Source: a virus
Taxonomy: Duplodnaviria; Heunggongvirae; Uroviricota; Caudoviricetes
DNA: 64,000 nt
Virus record (IMG/VR): IMGVR_UViG_3300008255_000107
Direction: 5' to 3' (one strand)
Under the pieces are notes generated by a model. It saw only the letters and a list, made by a program, of their open reading frames with translations, did no database searches and was not told the origin of the DNA. Shown in pieces: positions 19,209-29,236 of the stretch; the first letter of the stretch is position 1, and every line of letters begins with the position of its first letter. The translations under genes were made by a program, and so were the position numbers.

Positions 19209-21252
19209 ATTGCTCTGAATTCCTTGAGAAGTTCGGATTGAAAAAGGGGTCGTTCTGTATCTCGTGCATCCACGTGTCGTGCATGTATTTTATAGAGGAT
19301 GCGAAAGATGTATCCTTGTGATTGTCCTTACCACGTGAAATCGACTCGTGATGGTAAAGCATTACCCAAGGGTTGTATATGATACGGTGACCGGCTTTGC
19401 GGATCTTTAGGCAAAGGTCTACATCGTTGAAAGCCTGGGGAAGATCCTCATTGAAACCCCCCACTTTGTCGAAGACACTTTTTCTAACAAGCATGCAAGC
19501 ACCGGTGACAGCCGACACCTCATGGACGGTCATAGCCCTGCAGAAATATCCTCCGCTTCCATAAGGAGTACCCCTTAGCGTGTGGCCGGCTACTCCTCCT
19601 ACCCCCATATCAACCCCACCGTGCTGCAGGGTACCGTTAGGGTACAGAAGTCTGGCGCCAACGGCACCTATGTCTGGATAAACCTCCATCCACGAAACCA
19701 TCTCCCTAAGCCAGTGGTGGTCCATTATTTCAGTGTCGTTGTTAAGGAACAGGACGTAGTCAGTGTTGAACATTCCTGCTCCCGCATTGGATTGCTTGGA
19801 GAAATTGAAGGGGTATTCACCTAAAGAGATGGCGTAATCCAGGGGCTTAAGGGTGGTGTCGTATTCCGGATTCAAACAACCCTCGTAAAAAGATTTAGCC
19901 TTTTCGGCAGGACTACCGTTATCCACTATGCTTACACAAGCGCTATCGTACTGGGTCTTGTATAGGGACTCCAAGCAATTGGCTGTAACATCAAATTGGT
20001 CTTTAGCTGGAATCACGATATTCACCGTAGGTTCGCTGGGTAGGTAAAGAACGGGTCGGTACACACTTAGGTTAGTGGTGTTGAAAACATCCCCATCACC
20101 GGTACTAAGCACCAAGAGCTCAGTAAGAGCCTCACGGGCCACTCTAAGGGCGTACGGCTTGGCAGATAGGCTCGAGGCTACCGACGTGGGTAAAGTTCTC
20201 CAGTGGTACAGAATACGGGGTATGTGCACCACCTTAGCAATCGGAAGCAAGGTGTCCTGATCCTCACCCCATAGGTATTTGATCAGAAAGCGGTAATCCT
20301 GGGAACCGTTGTACTTGGTCTCATAACCAAAGGCATGGCTTCGTACGCGGTCCATTCTGAAAGCTGTTAGGTGATTTATGTAGTTTTGGCACATAAACAA
20401 GGCAGGGGACCAATCAGGTTTGAAGAACGGGGCACTTCTCACACCGTCCTCACCCACCTTGTCCTCGTCAGTGTATATGAGGTCCACACCGGGGTTACTG
20501 TCCACGCACAACGCTATCTCCATAAGGGCTGTCCTTTCAAGGAGGTCATCGTGGTCTAGAACCACCATCCATTCACCCTTTACTTTCTCAAGGGCTTTAT
20601 TTTGAGCTTCGGATATCCCCTCGTTGTTTTTTGATAGAACGACTTGGATACCCTTTTCTTTACGGGCTAGGGAGCTAAGGTACTTGGACAACTCTTCATC
20701 TTGAGATCCGTCATCTACGATCACCCATTCCCAATTACTGTAGGACTGGGATAGCACTGACTGCACCGTTTCCTGCAAAACTGCCATAGGTGTCTTGTAG
20801 GTGGCCGTGATGATACTTATCAAGGGCATGCCCATAGGACCCATGGCCACTTCTTTTTCTTTGAGTAAACGATGGGAGGGAACATTGTTCCCGTACCATA
20901 ACGCTAAGCTAGTGGTGGGGTCTGTGTACTGGGGGACCAAAGTTATTTCTACAGCTGCCCCTACGAAGTGGTCCCCTAGGTCGAACATAAATGGTTCGTT
21001 GTCCTGGATGACAGACATATCAAACTTGAAAGCTTTTTCTTCCTCTCCAATCTTAAAGGAAGAGTACAGAACGCCTTGGGGTACACGGCAGTATGTAGCA
21101 AATACCAATTCCACATACCTGACTGGTTTTCCATCGGGTACCGCTAGCTGCACCTTGTGCTGGGCACCCAAAAGAACAGGAAGTTTTGCTACCTGTTCTT
21201 CGGACACCACTTCCGTGGATGGAACGCTACTTTCCTGAGGATCCGAAGCCAT
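19195..21252 (-). CDS. two-domain glycosyltransferase (tandem GT2/GT-A domains). The start is probably Met58 (MASDPQ) of the 742-aa ORF, which avoids overlap with the dUTPase gene.
   Basis: ISIITATYKTP ... VVDDGSQDE and VNIVIPAKDQ ... VDNGS GT2 signatures. DxD motifs HDD and TDED. Confidence 0.55.
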   Translation of the reverse strand: MASDPQESSVPSTEVVSEEQVAKLPVLLGAQHKVQLAVPDGKPVRYVELVFATYCRVPQGVLYSSFKIGEEEKAFKFDMSVIQDNEPFMFDLGDHFVGAAVEITLVPQYTDPTTSLALWYGNNVPSHRLLKEKEVAMGPMGMPLISIITATYKTPMAVLQETVQSVLSQSYSNWEWVIVDDGSQDEELSKYLSSLARKEKGIQVVLSKNNEGISEAQNKALEKVKGEWMVVLDHDDLLERTALMEIALCVDSNPGVDLIYTDEDKVGEDGVRSAPFFKPDWSPALFMCQNYINHLTAFRMDRVRSHAFGYETKYNGSQDYRFLIKYLWGEDQDTLLPIAKVVHIPRILYHWRTLPTSVASSLSAKPYALRVAREALTELLVLSTGDGDVFNTTNLSVYRPVLYLPSEPTVNIVIPAKDQFDVTANCLESLYKTQYDSACVSIVDNGSPAEKAKSFYEGCLNPEYDTTLKPLDYAISLGEYPFNFSKQSNAGAGMFNTDYVLFLNNDTEIMDHHWLREMVSWMEVYPDIGAVGARLLYPNGTLQHGGVDMGVGGVAGHTLRGTPYGSGGYFCRAMTVHEVSAVTGACMLVRKSVFDKVGGFNEDLPQAFNDVDLCLKIRKAGHRIIYNPWVMLYHHESISRGKDNHKDTSFASSIKYMHDTWMHEIQNDPFFNPNFSRNSEQYVPR

Positions 21253-21835
21253 CTTCGCCTCTGGAAGTTTCCCCAAGTTCCTCGGGACTCTTGACCCGTT
21301 CCAACTCGGGCATAGGAACCTCTGCAGGCACCAATTGGGCGATCTTGTCCCCCAAGGTGATCCTTTGGGCATTCCCGCTGGTGTTGGTGATGCACACACA
21401 GATTTCACCCCTGTAGGGGTCATCTACGGTTCCAGGGGTATTGGTGACGACCAGGCCCTGCTTCGTAGCGTTCCCACTACGAGGACGCACCTGTAGCTCA
21501 TATACCTTACCGGGATCACCGGTAACATGAGCTTTGATCCCAGTACCCATCATGACTCTGTCCCCAGGATTCACGACGACTGCATGCGGCTTTAAGTTGT
21601 CACGGATTTCCTTGGGGGTCTGCCCTGGGGTGCCATCTCCGTCCAAAGGTATGGAGATACCTTCAATGATACCACGCTCGTCGGATTCCAGCATCTCTTC
21701 TTTAAAGCTGCCTCGGATCCAGGCTTTTTTGAACGAATGCACGAACACGTCGAATCCCGAATCAGTAGGGTTAGCTTTGACTGGGGCTAGTGCCTTGTCG
21801 TCCAGTAGGTAGTAGCGGAACTTAAGCTTGCTCAT
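21227..21835 (-). CDS. dut: dUTP diphosphatase (trimeric dUTPase family)
   Basis: Motifs DSGFDVF (motif 1), RPRSGNATKQGL (motif 3) and GTVDDPYRGEI (motif 4). Strong SD AAGGAGG before MSKLKF at 21835. Confidence 0.75.
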   Translation of the reverse strand: MSKLKFRYYLLDDKALAPVKANPTDSGFDVFVHSFKKAWIRGSFKEEMLESDERGIIEGISIPLDGDGTPGQTPKEIRDNLKPHAVVVNPGDRVMMGTGIKAHVTGDPGKVYELQVRPRSGNATKQGLVVTNTPGTVDDPYRGEICVCITNTSGNAQRITLGDKIAQLVPAEVPMPELERVKSPEELGETSRGEDGFGSSGK

Positions 21836-22574
21836 CGTTGGAGACCTCCTTATCCTTCCAGGTACGCAACTCATGGTAGCGGGAAGAGGGGCAGGGGAAT
21901 TCCAGATCAATCTTCATGCGGTCAGAGTCATTCCCCAGAAAACTATTTTGGATAAGGGTGATGGCCTTTTTGGCATTTTCTTCCAATGACCCCTCACCGG
22001 TGATTATTTCCACGGGACCCCGTACGAATTGCTGAGTGCTGAGGTAGGCATCACGGATGCCATTCAAGCGATCCATGGAAACTTCGGGCTCACGTTGGTG
22101 GCAAAGTTCCACGGGGGTGTCCACAAAAATGGTAAGGTCAGGCATGATAAAGATGTCTTCCTGTGTGTAGAGCTTGGTGGTGAAGTCGAAGCATGAAGGG
22201 GAGAACATCTTGGCGTAGGCCATGCCTGTCCATAGGTAACGATCCAGAATGGTAGAGCGAAGGGAATAGGTCCTTTGCTGCCTAAGGCGGCTAGCCAGGA
22301 AAAGAACTTCACGTTCGTTTTGGTCCATTTTAACTTTGGGGTCGTTGAGGCGATCGGCTTCTTCGGTTGAGAAGGTAGGTTCTTTCTGCCATTGCCAAGA
22401 GTTTCGGGAGGTACCAATGTATTTGGACAAAAATTCGTCGGTGTTTTCTCTGGCATGCAACATGCTCACGCCAATGGCGTCGTCGCGAAGGATACGGTGA
22501 ACTTCCTGGGAGATGGAGGTCTTGCCGCTGTTGTCAATTCCTTCGAATACCACTAATAAGGGTTTCACGTTCAT
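21822..22574 (-). CDS. tmk: thymidylate kinase-like dNMP kinase
   Basis: P-loop LLVVFEGIDNSGKTSIS matches the dTMP kinase EGxDGxGKT pattern. The start is taken at MNVKP (SD AAGGAGAGC upstream). Confidence 0.55.
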   Translation of the reverse strand: MNVKPLLVVFEGIDNSGKTSISQEVHRILRDDAIGVSMLHARENTDEFLSKYIGTSRNSWQWQKEPTFSTEEADRLNDPKVKMDQNEREVLFLASRLRQQRTYSLRSTILDRYLWTGMAYAKMFSPSCFDFTTKLYTQEDIFIMPDLTIFVDTPVELCHQREPEVSMDRLNGIRDAYLSTQQFVRGPVEIITGEGSLEENAKKAITLIQNSFLGNDSDRMKIDLEFPCPSSRYHELRTWKDKEVSNDEQA

Positions 22575-23461
22575 TTGCTCTCCTTGTCTGAGCTTACTAT
22601 GGATTTGATATCTGGTTGGTACTCTTTCAGCCCTTCCGAAAAATCTTCCCACCTACCCTTTACTTCAGGGACATAGTCCGCTGTCTGCTTGCTGAGCTTG
22701 GGGTTTTTGGTCTTATAGTACAGGGCACTCCACGGACCACCATTATACTCTGCTAAAACCAGTTCCCAGTCCCCGTACAGGGAGTAGGAAATGTCCAGGT
22801 ACTTAGCTGCCATTTCCGTGCTGATCTTGTCGTCGTCCAGCATGTTTTGTGAAAAGGATATACCCATAGCGTCTGCTAGAAGTTTACCGGTAAGGGGCAT
22901 GATATGGTTTAGACCCGTGGCCCCCACTTCACTCTTGCGATGGATACCCCATCGGGATTCCTGGTATTGCAGAGAGGTGAGTAGCAGGGCATCCACGTTG
23001 GGGTAAATCTCTGCCACCTCCACATTACGCCTTGCTAGGTTAAAAGCTTTATCGATCGAATAATTCTTGGCGGGTTGTTTAAGATCCCGAGTGATCACCG
23101 TGATATTCTTCTGCCAGTATTCGTAGACCATGTCCCTAATGAACAAGATTATCCTTTGGCGTTCTTCCCCGTAGGTGATCTGTGAAACCAAAAAGTGCTT
23201 TTGCTGGGTCTGCTGAAGTTCTATGTTCTCTAACTTCACAGCGATGGCTTGGCTCCGTTGTTCACTGGCTTGCTGCGTGGATTTCCCCATGTAGTAGAAA
23301 ACCACGGACACCAGGGCTATGAATATAAATAGGGTTGCCCCTATTATCGTCCAAATCTCCTTCAACTCCATCCGCATGATGAACTGTGTGTTCTTGGGGC
23401 TTTCCTTAATAGGGGGTGCGTCGATGCTTTTATCTTCGATGTTTTCACCTTCTATGTGCAT
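22571..23461 (-). CDS. membrane-anchored lytic transglycosylase (SLT domain)
   Basis: N-terminal TM helix IIGATLFIFIALVSVVFYY. SLT catalytic region ESRWGIHRKSEVGATGLNHIMP ... AEYNGGP. Confidence 0.7.
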   Translation of the reverse strand: MHIEGENIEDKSIDAPPIKESPKNTQFIMRMELKEIWTIIGATLFIFIALVSVVFYYMGKSTQQASEQRSQAIAVKLENIELQQTQQKHFLVSQITYGEERQRIILFIRDMVYEYWQKNITVITRDLKQPAKNYSIDKAFNLARRNVEVAEIYPNVDALLLTSLQYQESRWGIHRKSEVGATGLNHIMPLTGKLLADAMGISFSQNMLDDDKISTEMAAKYLDISYSLYGDWELVLAEYNGGPWSALYYKTKNPKLSKQTADYVPEVKGRWEDFSEGLKEYQPDIKSIVSSDKESK

Positions 23462-23462
23462 A

Positions 23463-24200
23463 TCACATCCTTAGTTTGGGGTCCACAGGGACGAAAGTGT
23501 CCATATCCGTGATTTCATAGGTGTACGGTTCTCCGTAACCTGCTTTTCGGGGATCGTCCTTGATGTCCTCTTCGGAGTATCCCCAATTTTTTGTTTGGCC
23601 CTTGTGCAAGCAATACATGTCCCTACAAAAGGCGACCTTGTACGACTTCTCTCGAACAAGCTGAGACACAAGTCCATCGTCTCCGAAGGCATCCATACTT
23701 TGGGGATAGCCCTCAACTGGGTACGCTTCACGACGAACCATCTTAAAGGTATTGCCTACAGCCTTACAGTATACCAAGTCTTCGGAGGCTTGGGTAGGCA
23801 TCTGCAGCCATTGAGGAGGGAGCTGAGGAGTCAGAAAAGCCACATCCTGATGCTTATTCATGAGCTCCACCATACGGGCTAGCCAGTCCTTACCTTCCAA
23901 ACGAGGTGGGATGACGTCATTATCCGTTACCACATAATAGGGGTTGGATGAATCCACCATGGCGTGGAATACGTACTTACCCCATAGGCACCTGGTGTTG
24001 GTTTTGTGGGAGATGACAGCTTCCACTAATCCTTCATCCATCAAATTGGATAGCAAAGAACGAGTCACCGGAGTGCATTCGTTGTCCAGCACTGTGATCT
24101 TAAAGGTGCCTGGGGCGGTGCGATCGTGGATGCTGCGAATAACTTCTTCCGTCATGTGGGGGCGGCGCCAAGAGGTAATGAAAATGTCGATGGGCTTCAT
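23463..24200 (-). CDS. glycosyltransferase (GT-A fold, GT2-like)
   Basis: MKPIDIFITSWRRPHMTEEVIRSI ... VLDNECTP, typical of an N-terminal GT-A nucleotide-binding region. A DxD-like motif is present. Confidence 0.45.
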   Translation of the reverse strand: MKPIDIFITSWRRPHMTEEVIRSIHDRTAPGTFKITVLDNECTPVTRSLLSNLMDEGLVEAVISHKTNTRCLWGKYVFHAMVDSSNPYYVVTDNDVIPPRLEGKDWLARMVELMNKHQDVAFLTPQLPPQWLQMPTQASEDLVYCKAVGNTFKMVRREAYPVEGYPQSMDAFGDDGLVSQLVREKSYKVAFCRDMYCLHKGQTKNWGYSEEDIKDDPRKAGYGEPYTYEITDMDTFVPVDPKLRM

Positions 24201-24739
24201 AGGTAGATCCTTGTCAACTCTCGCAGAGTTTTACGATGGGAATCAAGTAGGTTTTTGGAACGAACGTCCGTTTTCTTGGAAAGCATATCTATGAGGTTTC
24301 TCAGTATGGTAGTAGTCCCAGCTATGGTCTTCCTGTTAACAGCAGTGTGGCTTTCCGTTAGGCGCCATGCTCCAGGAATTGACAGGGTGCCGTCCGAGTG
24401 CACTATGATGCGAGGGAAGATATCCTCAGTATTTGGTTTAGCCTCAGGAGGCTTAGAAGTCACAATGGGCCTCCGTGGCCTAGGTGTGGTTTCTTGAATG
24501 GGTGCCGGCCTCGGTGCAGGTTTCTTTTCCTTAGGGGACGGTCCCCTCAGTGGGGGCATGGGTACAGGGTCAAAAGCTTTCTGAAGCGAGCTTCTCTCGT
24601 CTGCTTTAGGATTGTACCGCTTACGGCGAGGTGGTTCTATTAGGGCATTGGCACTCACACGAACCCCTAGCTTCCTCAAATCCTCTTTGATCTTAAGCTT
24701 CCACTCTTCCAGTTCTTTTTCGTGCTCTTCGGGCGTCAT
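24197..24739 (-). CDS. hypothetical Pro-rich basic protein
   Basis: ORF. Pro/Lys/Arg-rich low-complexity centre. Confidence 0.4.
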   Translation of the reverse strand: MTPEEHEKELEEWKLKIKEDLRKLGVRVSANALIEPPRRKRYNPKADERSSLQKAFDPVPMPPLRGPSPKEKKPAPRPAPIQETTPRPRRPIVTSKPPEAKPNTEDIFPRIIVHSDGTLSIPGAWRLTESHTAVNRKTIAGTTTILRNLIDMLSKKTDVRSKNLLDSHRKTLRELTRIYL

Positions 24740-24763
24740 GTGTCTCCTGTATAATTCGGGGGC

Positions 24764-25894
24764 TCAAAACCCTAAAACGGATAGGGCCGCCTGGATCTTG
24801 GATAGTATACGACTCCTGATCGATTTTTTAAACGAACCTTGCAGATAATCGTACACAAAGTCACCTACTCGGATGCAGCCATTACTGGATACTGACACTG
24901 TTCCTGACAGGGGACCCTTTCTTTCAAAAGATCTTCCCTTTATTATAATTGTTCTGGGGTTGACATCAATATCCCCTAGTGAGATGGAGGATACGTCAGC
25001 AACAGGTTTATCCTCCAAATGCTGGAGAATGTGCCGGTACCGCTCCATGATGAGATGCTTACCGTGGACATGGGCAAATAGGTCATCACCTCTTCCGTGC
25101 ATGAAATGTATCACGCGGCTTTGGTCCTGGATGTGCACATCAACACCGGCGTAAAGAGCGTCCACACCGAAGGCTATATCCTCGTAACCCCACTGTTCCC
25201 TGAAGGCTACCTCGTCGAAGTGCATACCCTCCAGGCCGTAGACCTTTTTCATGAAAAGTTGGACTAGGTCCAGGGCGGACCGCGTAACTGCGAAATTACA
25301 GGACCAGCTAACCATACCCGTCAGCATGTAGTCAATCTTATCGTTAAAGTCTGACAATGCTTCGAACCCATTTACAACACCGGCCACTTCCCGCAGATCC
25401 CTGTGGTCCAGGGGCAGCCCGTCTCGTAAATTGTCCATGTTAGCTGTCAAAAGGTCAGATGGCTTGTTCTTGTACCTCTCGTAAAAAACATTTTCCCCAT
25501 TCAACCATTTGTCGAAATCGTAGGGACGCTCCACGTGGACCCGGGTTCCGAACAACAAGGTGGGTACCGAGGGGTCGTCAAAGTAGGTGGACAGACGATC
25601 AAAATAAAGGTCGTCCTCAGCTATGCTGTCCCCATCCATGAAAACCACAATATCGGCGCCTATGGCCAACGCTTCTTGTATGCCACGGTTACGGGTGGAT
25701 GAGCGCCCTCTCTCATCACCGCGAACAACACGCAGCCAACCATCTTCGGAGGATCTCAGGGTCTGCACATCACTGTGGTCATCTATCACAACCACGTGGT
25801 CCGGCTTAGTGGTCATTTTCCTAAGGATACCCAAATGAAATTGGACGATATCTTCTTGGTTATGGCACGGTAGAACTAATACTGTTTTTCTCAT
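24764..25894 (-). CDS. glycosyltransferase family 2
   Basis: VLVLPCHNQEDIV ... VVVIDDHSD ... DxD. Classic GT2 N-terminal signature. Confidence 0.6.
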   Translation of the reverse strand: MRKTVLVLPCHNQEDIVQFHLGILRKMTTKPDHVVVIDDHSDVQTLRSSEDGWLRVVRGDERGRSSTRNRGIQEALAIGADIVVFMDGDSIAEDDLYFDRLSTYFDDPSVPTLLFGTRVHVERPYDFDKWLNGENVFYERYKNKPSDLLTANMDNLRDGLPLDHRDLREVAGVVNGFEALSDFNDKIDYMLTGMVSWSCNFAVTRSALDLVQLFMKKVYGLEGMHFDEVAFREQWGYEDIAFGVDALYAGVDVHIQDQSRVIHFMHGRGDDLFAHVHGKHLIMERYRHILQHLEDKPVADVSSISLGDIDVNPRTIIIKGRSFERKGPLSGTVSVSSNGCIRVGDFVYDYLQGSFKKSIRSRILSKIQAALSVLGF

Positions 25895-25918
25895 TTTTGA
25901 GTAATTCTCATTGATAGT

Positions 25919-26269
25919 TTATGGCCTGACATCTTCGGGTTTAACAATGAACTCCTCGAAAGGGGCATTCAATCCATAAACATTCTTCATCAACCCGTTT
26001 TGCTCCGACCTAGGGTATATGTACCGATAGGGTTCAATACCATCTTCAAACACTTTACAAATATGCTCCAAATTCTTTAGGGGGTCAATTAGCATCTCCC
26101 CCAGTAGCGACATATCCTCACGAGGCCCCCCTAATAGACTTAGACCCGTGCCGGCATTTAGGTGCTCCAGGGATATATAGCAAAACATGTTTCCTGAGTG
26201 GGGTGGCACCCCCTTGATAAAATACAGAACACCACCCATGCACACGAATGATGGTACCGCATCTTCCAC
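25919..26269 (-). CDS. hypothetical protein
   Basis: ORF on the dominant strand. Confidence 0.4.
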   Translation of the reverse strand: MEDAVPSFVCMGGVLYFIKGVPPHSGNMFCYISLEHLNAGTGLSLLGGPREDMSLLGEMLIDPLKNLEHICKVFEDGIEPYRYIYPRSEQNGLMKNVYGLNAPFEEFIVKPEDVRP

Positions 26270-26293
26270 TACATTGTCGGGGTCCGCTTTGAT

Positions 26294-26518
26294 TTATTTC
26301 CTATGCGATCGGGGAGGACGTGGGAACATCACCCTTATCTCACGCACCTTACCACCCCTGGGGTAGGGCACTCCAGAGGTTCTCATATTATTAGCCAAGC
26401 GGCAAGTTTCCGAATCGATTAGGGTAGAACCCATGTAGACACCAACATAATTGGAACCGTCCACACCCTTATCCACTTTTCTCAGATCGGGATCCATGTA
26501 GTCCCCCCAATCACTCAT
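26294..26518 (-). CDS. hypothetical protein (74 aa)
   Basis: ORF, overlaps the next gene by 8 nt. Confidence 0.35.
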   Translation of the reverse strand: MSDWGDYMDPDLRKVDKGVDGSNYVGVYMGSTLIDSETCRLANNMRTSGVPYPRGGKVREIRVMFPRPPRSHRK

Positions 26519-27011
26519 ACTTATCCATCATTTTTTCCCGGGCGCTAAACAGCTCGGGTAGGGTTACTTCGTAATCCCGGAACTTACCCTGGGGGTACTT
26601 TAGGTCCAACATTTTCAGGGGGACTTTACTAAAGTCCGCTCCTGCGTACGGGTTTTCATCATAAACACGTGCTACTTTACCATGCCCCAGCCGGGGGTCT
26701 AGGATGTACTCCCCCAGGAGCCTGTGCCATGGTAGCATCTCAGCAACCAATGTAGTCGCCATAAGGGACGCACCCGGGAACCTTTCGTACAAACCTATAC
26801 GCCCTTCATTATCGTAGTTAGCATGGAACCAGAATATATGACCGTTGTACAGAACCAGATGGGGGTAGGAACCACCCCAAGTCGTGGCTGGAAAACAAGC
26901 GCACAAAAAAGTCGTATCGTAGGACCCAGTCAAAGGGATTCTCAAGCGCTCCACCAGCGCAGGTTTATTGCCCTGCTCAATTTTTACAAAATACCCTGGT
27001 CTCATTATCAT
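26511..27011 (-). CDS. hypothetical protein
   Basis: ORF, ATGA overlap with the upstream gene. Confidence 0.45.
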   Translation of the reverse strand: MIMRPGYFVKIEQGNKPALVERLRIPLTGSYDTTFLCACFPATTWGGSYPHLVLYNGHIFWFHANYDNEGRIGLYERFPGASLMATTLVAEMLPWHRLLGEYILDPRLGHGKVARVYDENPYAGADFSKVPLKMLDLKYPQGKFRDYEVTLPELFSAREKMMDKYE

Positions 27012-28195
27012 GATACGTGGTAATCCCTCCCCACCACCTCTTCCACGACACCCTTTCCTTTTGAGTAGGGCTCGATCCAGGTCATGCGACGGAGACTTCT
27101 TTCAGGCCCGTGAGCCTGATTGCGCCAGTGACCCCGAACCACCCAGTGGGGTGAGCTAATGGTGAATGTCTTGAGGGTACCGTTTCTGTAGGCTTGGCGG
27201 AAATCGTGGGTGATGTGCACTGAGGAACCTACAGTCACCACATCTATGTGGCTAAGACCATCGATAACGGGAACCTTACCCTTAACGGCCTTCTTAAACT
27301 TTGCATGGGTCCGGACAAGGTCCGCTGATGGGTTGGTGATGTACATAAGGGCATTCAGTACAAAAGAGAACAGCTTGTGCATGTACTGCTTCTGATCCTC
27401 TCCCCCATCCATTTGTGTGTAACGGTCTGCTGCTGCCTTCACTTGTGGGAATACATCACCAGGGGCCAGGAAAAAGGTCATGTAGAAAGTTGCGTCATCT
27501 AAGGCATTGTCAGAGTTTGCGTTCGGGCCAGCAACCGCTAGGATGCGGATAACCTTGTTGGCGGGTACCCCGTCAAACTTTAGGGCCGGGTGTATACCGT
27601 CCCTGTCCGGTCCACCCTCAAGGGGGAGATTGACTCCCTTCACATCGATGTCGTGCCCGTAGGAGACGTATATACCCTTGACTTTGTGTAACCCCGTCAA
27701 ATGGTTTGGGATGAAAAGCTCTTCATTGTACGGCAGGTCGATGTAAATGGATTCGAAGGGGCTGGTGAGGAAAGAGCTATCCACCTTGGTAAGATCGGTG
27801 TGCAGCAACTTGGCAGTAAGGGCTTCTTCAAAACGGAAGATCATTCGGTTCTTGGAAAACCTGTACGTGTGGTGGAGTACATTCATGACGGAACGATATT
27901 CATTCAGGATGTTGGGGTCTCCCTCATAGATCGTTTTGTAGGCCAGATTCGGACCTTTGTACCCCATGCTGCGGAGCCGGGAGTTGAATATGATTACTGC
28001 CGCTTCCTGGTACGGTGTGTCGTCCAGTGTACTGGGCTCGTAACCGGTCATGTCCCTGAGGGTATTGATTACATCTTGGACGATTTTTAGGGGGCTGACC
28101 CCTAGCATCTTCTTGTATACCCGTACGAATTCCTCGTAATGGGTCTCTTTGAGCTTGGCTGTGGCGCCTTTGTCGGAAATAGCGAGATTAGGCAC
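27008..28195 (-). CDS. hypothetical protein (395 aa)
   Basis: Long ORF, no motif recognised. Confidence 0.5.
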   Translation of the reverse strand: MPNLAISDKGATAKLKETHYEEFVRVYKKMLGVSPLKIVQDVINTLRDMTGYEPSTLDDTPYQEAAVIIFNSRLRSMGYKGPNLAYKTIYEGDPNILNEYRSVMNVLHHTYRFSKNRMIFRFEEALTAKLLHTDLTKVDSSFLTSPFESIYIDLPYNEELFIPNHLTGLHKVKGIYVSYGHDIDVKGVNLPLEGGPDRDGIHPALKFDGVPANKVIRILAVAGPNANSDNALDDATFYMTFFLAPGDVFPQVKAAADRYTQMDGGEDQKQYMHKLFSFVLNALMYITNPSADLVRTHAKFKKAVKGKVPVIDGLSHIDVVTVGSSVHITHDFRQAYRNGTLKTFTISSPHWVVRGHWRNQAHGPERSLRRMTWIEPYSKGKGVVEEVVGRDYHVS

Positions 28196-28247
28196 GTAGG
28201 TCTCCTTTGCGTACTTTCAGTATATAAAGGAGACCGCTGATTTTAAC

Positions 28248-28745
28248 TTAGAAAGCAGCAGCCCCCACTAAGCCACCCAGCAGGAAAATGCCAACCGCGT
28301 AGGTTACTTTTTCCATGAAAGTGAGTTTGCTCTCCTCACACCTGGCAAGCTGGCCTTCTGTAAGGGCCCGGATCTGTTTCATGTCACCCTGAATGGTGTC
28401 CGTTAGAAAAAGGACCTTTCGAAGCGTGTCCACTTGCTGCTGCATTTTGGAGTCGACCAAAACCATTGCCTTGTAGGCAGAGTCCGATTGTAAAATGATA
28501 TTGTTTTGAAGAGCTATGGTGGTGTCCCTGCGGAGGATCCTCACACGGCGTTCTTCAGAAACCCTCATGAGGTCTTCAAGCTGTCCCTGGTTCATGCAAG
28601 TGTAAATGGTTTTACCCGACTGCACGATAGCTGTGGTGTCTATTTTACCTTCAACAGTGGTCGAAGTGTCCGTGGCTACCACGGAGCACTTATCTGCGGT
28701 CCATGCGGCCGAGGCCAGCATTAGAAAAAGTACAACGATCTTCAT
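28248..28745 (-). CDS. secreted or periplasmic hypothetical protein (signal peptide MKIVVLFLMLASAAWTA)
   Basis: N-terminal signal-peptide-like sequence and a C-terminal hydrophobic helix. Confidence 0.45.
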   Translation of the reverse strand: MKIVVLFLMLASAAWTADKCSVVATDTSTTVEGKIDTTAIVQSGKTIYTCMNQGQLEDLMRVSEERRVRILRRDTTIALQNNIILQSDSAYKAMVLVDSKMQQQVDTLRKVLFLTDTIQGDMKQIRALTEGQLARCEESKLTFMEKVTYAVGIFLLGGLVGAAAF

Positions 28746-29236
28746 AGTCTACCATCCTTTCTTCTTTGCTTCAATGCTTCCAGCAGAGCCTTGGAGTCCG
28801 CCATGGCGTCACCAGTGTTCGGGGGTAGGCCTGCGTCTACGGGGGCGTCCTGGTTGACAATCTGGCTCTTAACCAGGCTATTGAGGGAGTCCACGTTTTT
28901 CTTGTACTCCTGGGCCTTTTTTCGAAGATCTTCTGCTTCCTTCTCAATAGCATCCGCGGAGGCTACCCCTTCGTTCTTTTTGGTTTCCAAGTCCTTGATG
29001 TTCTTGTCAAGTTCCTCAATCTTGCTGTCTGCAAATCTATCCTTCACCCAAGCAATAATGTTGCTGATGATGGGGATACGACGCTTCATGCTGATAAGCA
29101 CTAGAACACCGATAACCACAAAGATGGCCACCATACCTACTTTTCTACCGGTGGGGGTGTCCTTGGTGGCGAACCACGCTATACCGGCCGCTGCCATAAC
29201 GACAAAGGCCAAGATGTATATGGTCAGGTCTTGCAT
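28742..29236 (-). CDS. membrane protein with two TM helices and a coiled-coil C-terminus
   Basis: Hydrophobic N-terminal segments followed by a KEEL-rich coiled-coil region. ATGA overlap with the neighbouring gene. Confidence 0.45.
   Translation of the reverse strand: MQDLTIYILAFVVMAAAGIAWFATKDTPTGRKVGMVAIFVVIGVLVLISMKRRIPIISNIIAWVKDRFADSKIEELDKNIKDLETKKNEGVASADAIEKEAEDLRKKAQEYKKNVDSLNSLVKSQIVNQDAPVDAGLPPNTGDAMADSKALLEALKQRRKDGRL

Noticed and set aside
21189-22456. ORFs 21189..21395, 21186..21416 and 22064..22456 overlapping the dut and tmk genes
   Set aside because: Alternative frames of well-supported genes. The long N-terminal extensions of the dut and tmk ORFs in the track were also trimmed to the SD-preceded Met codons.
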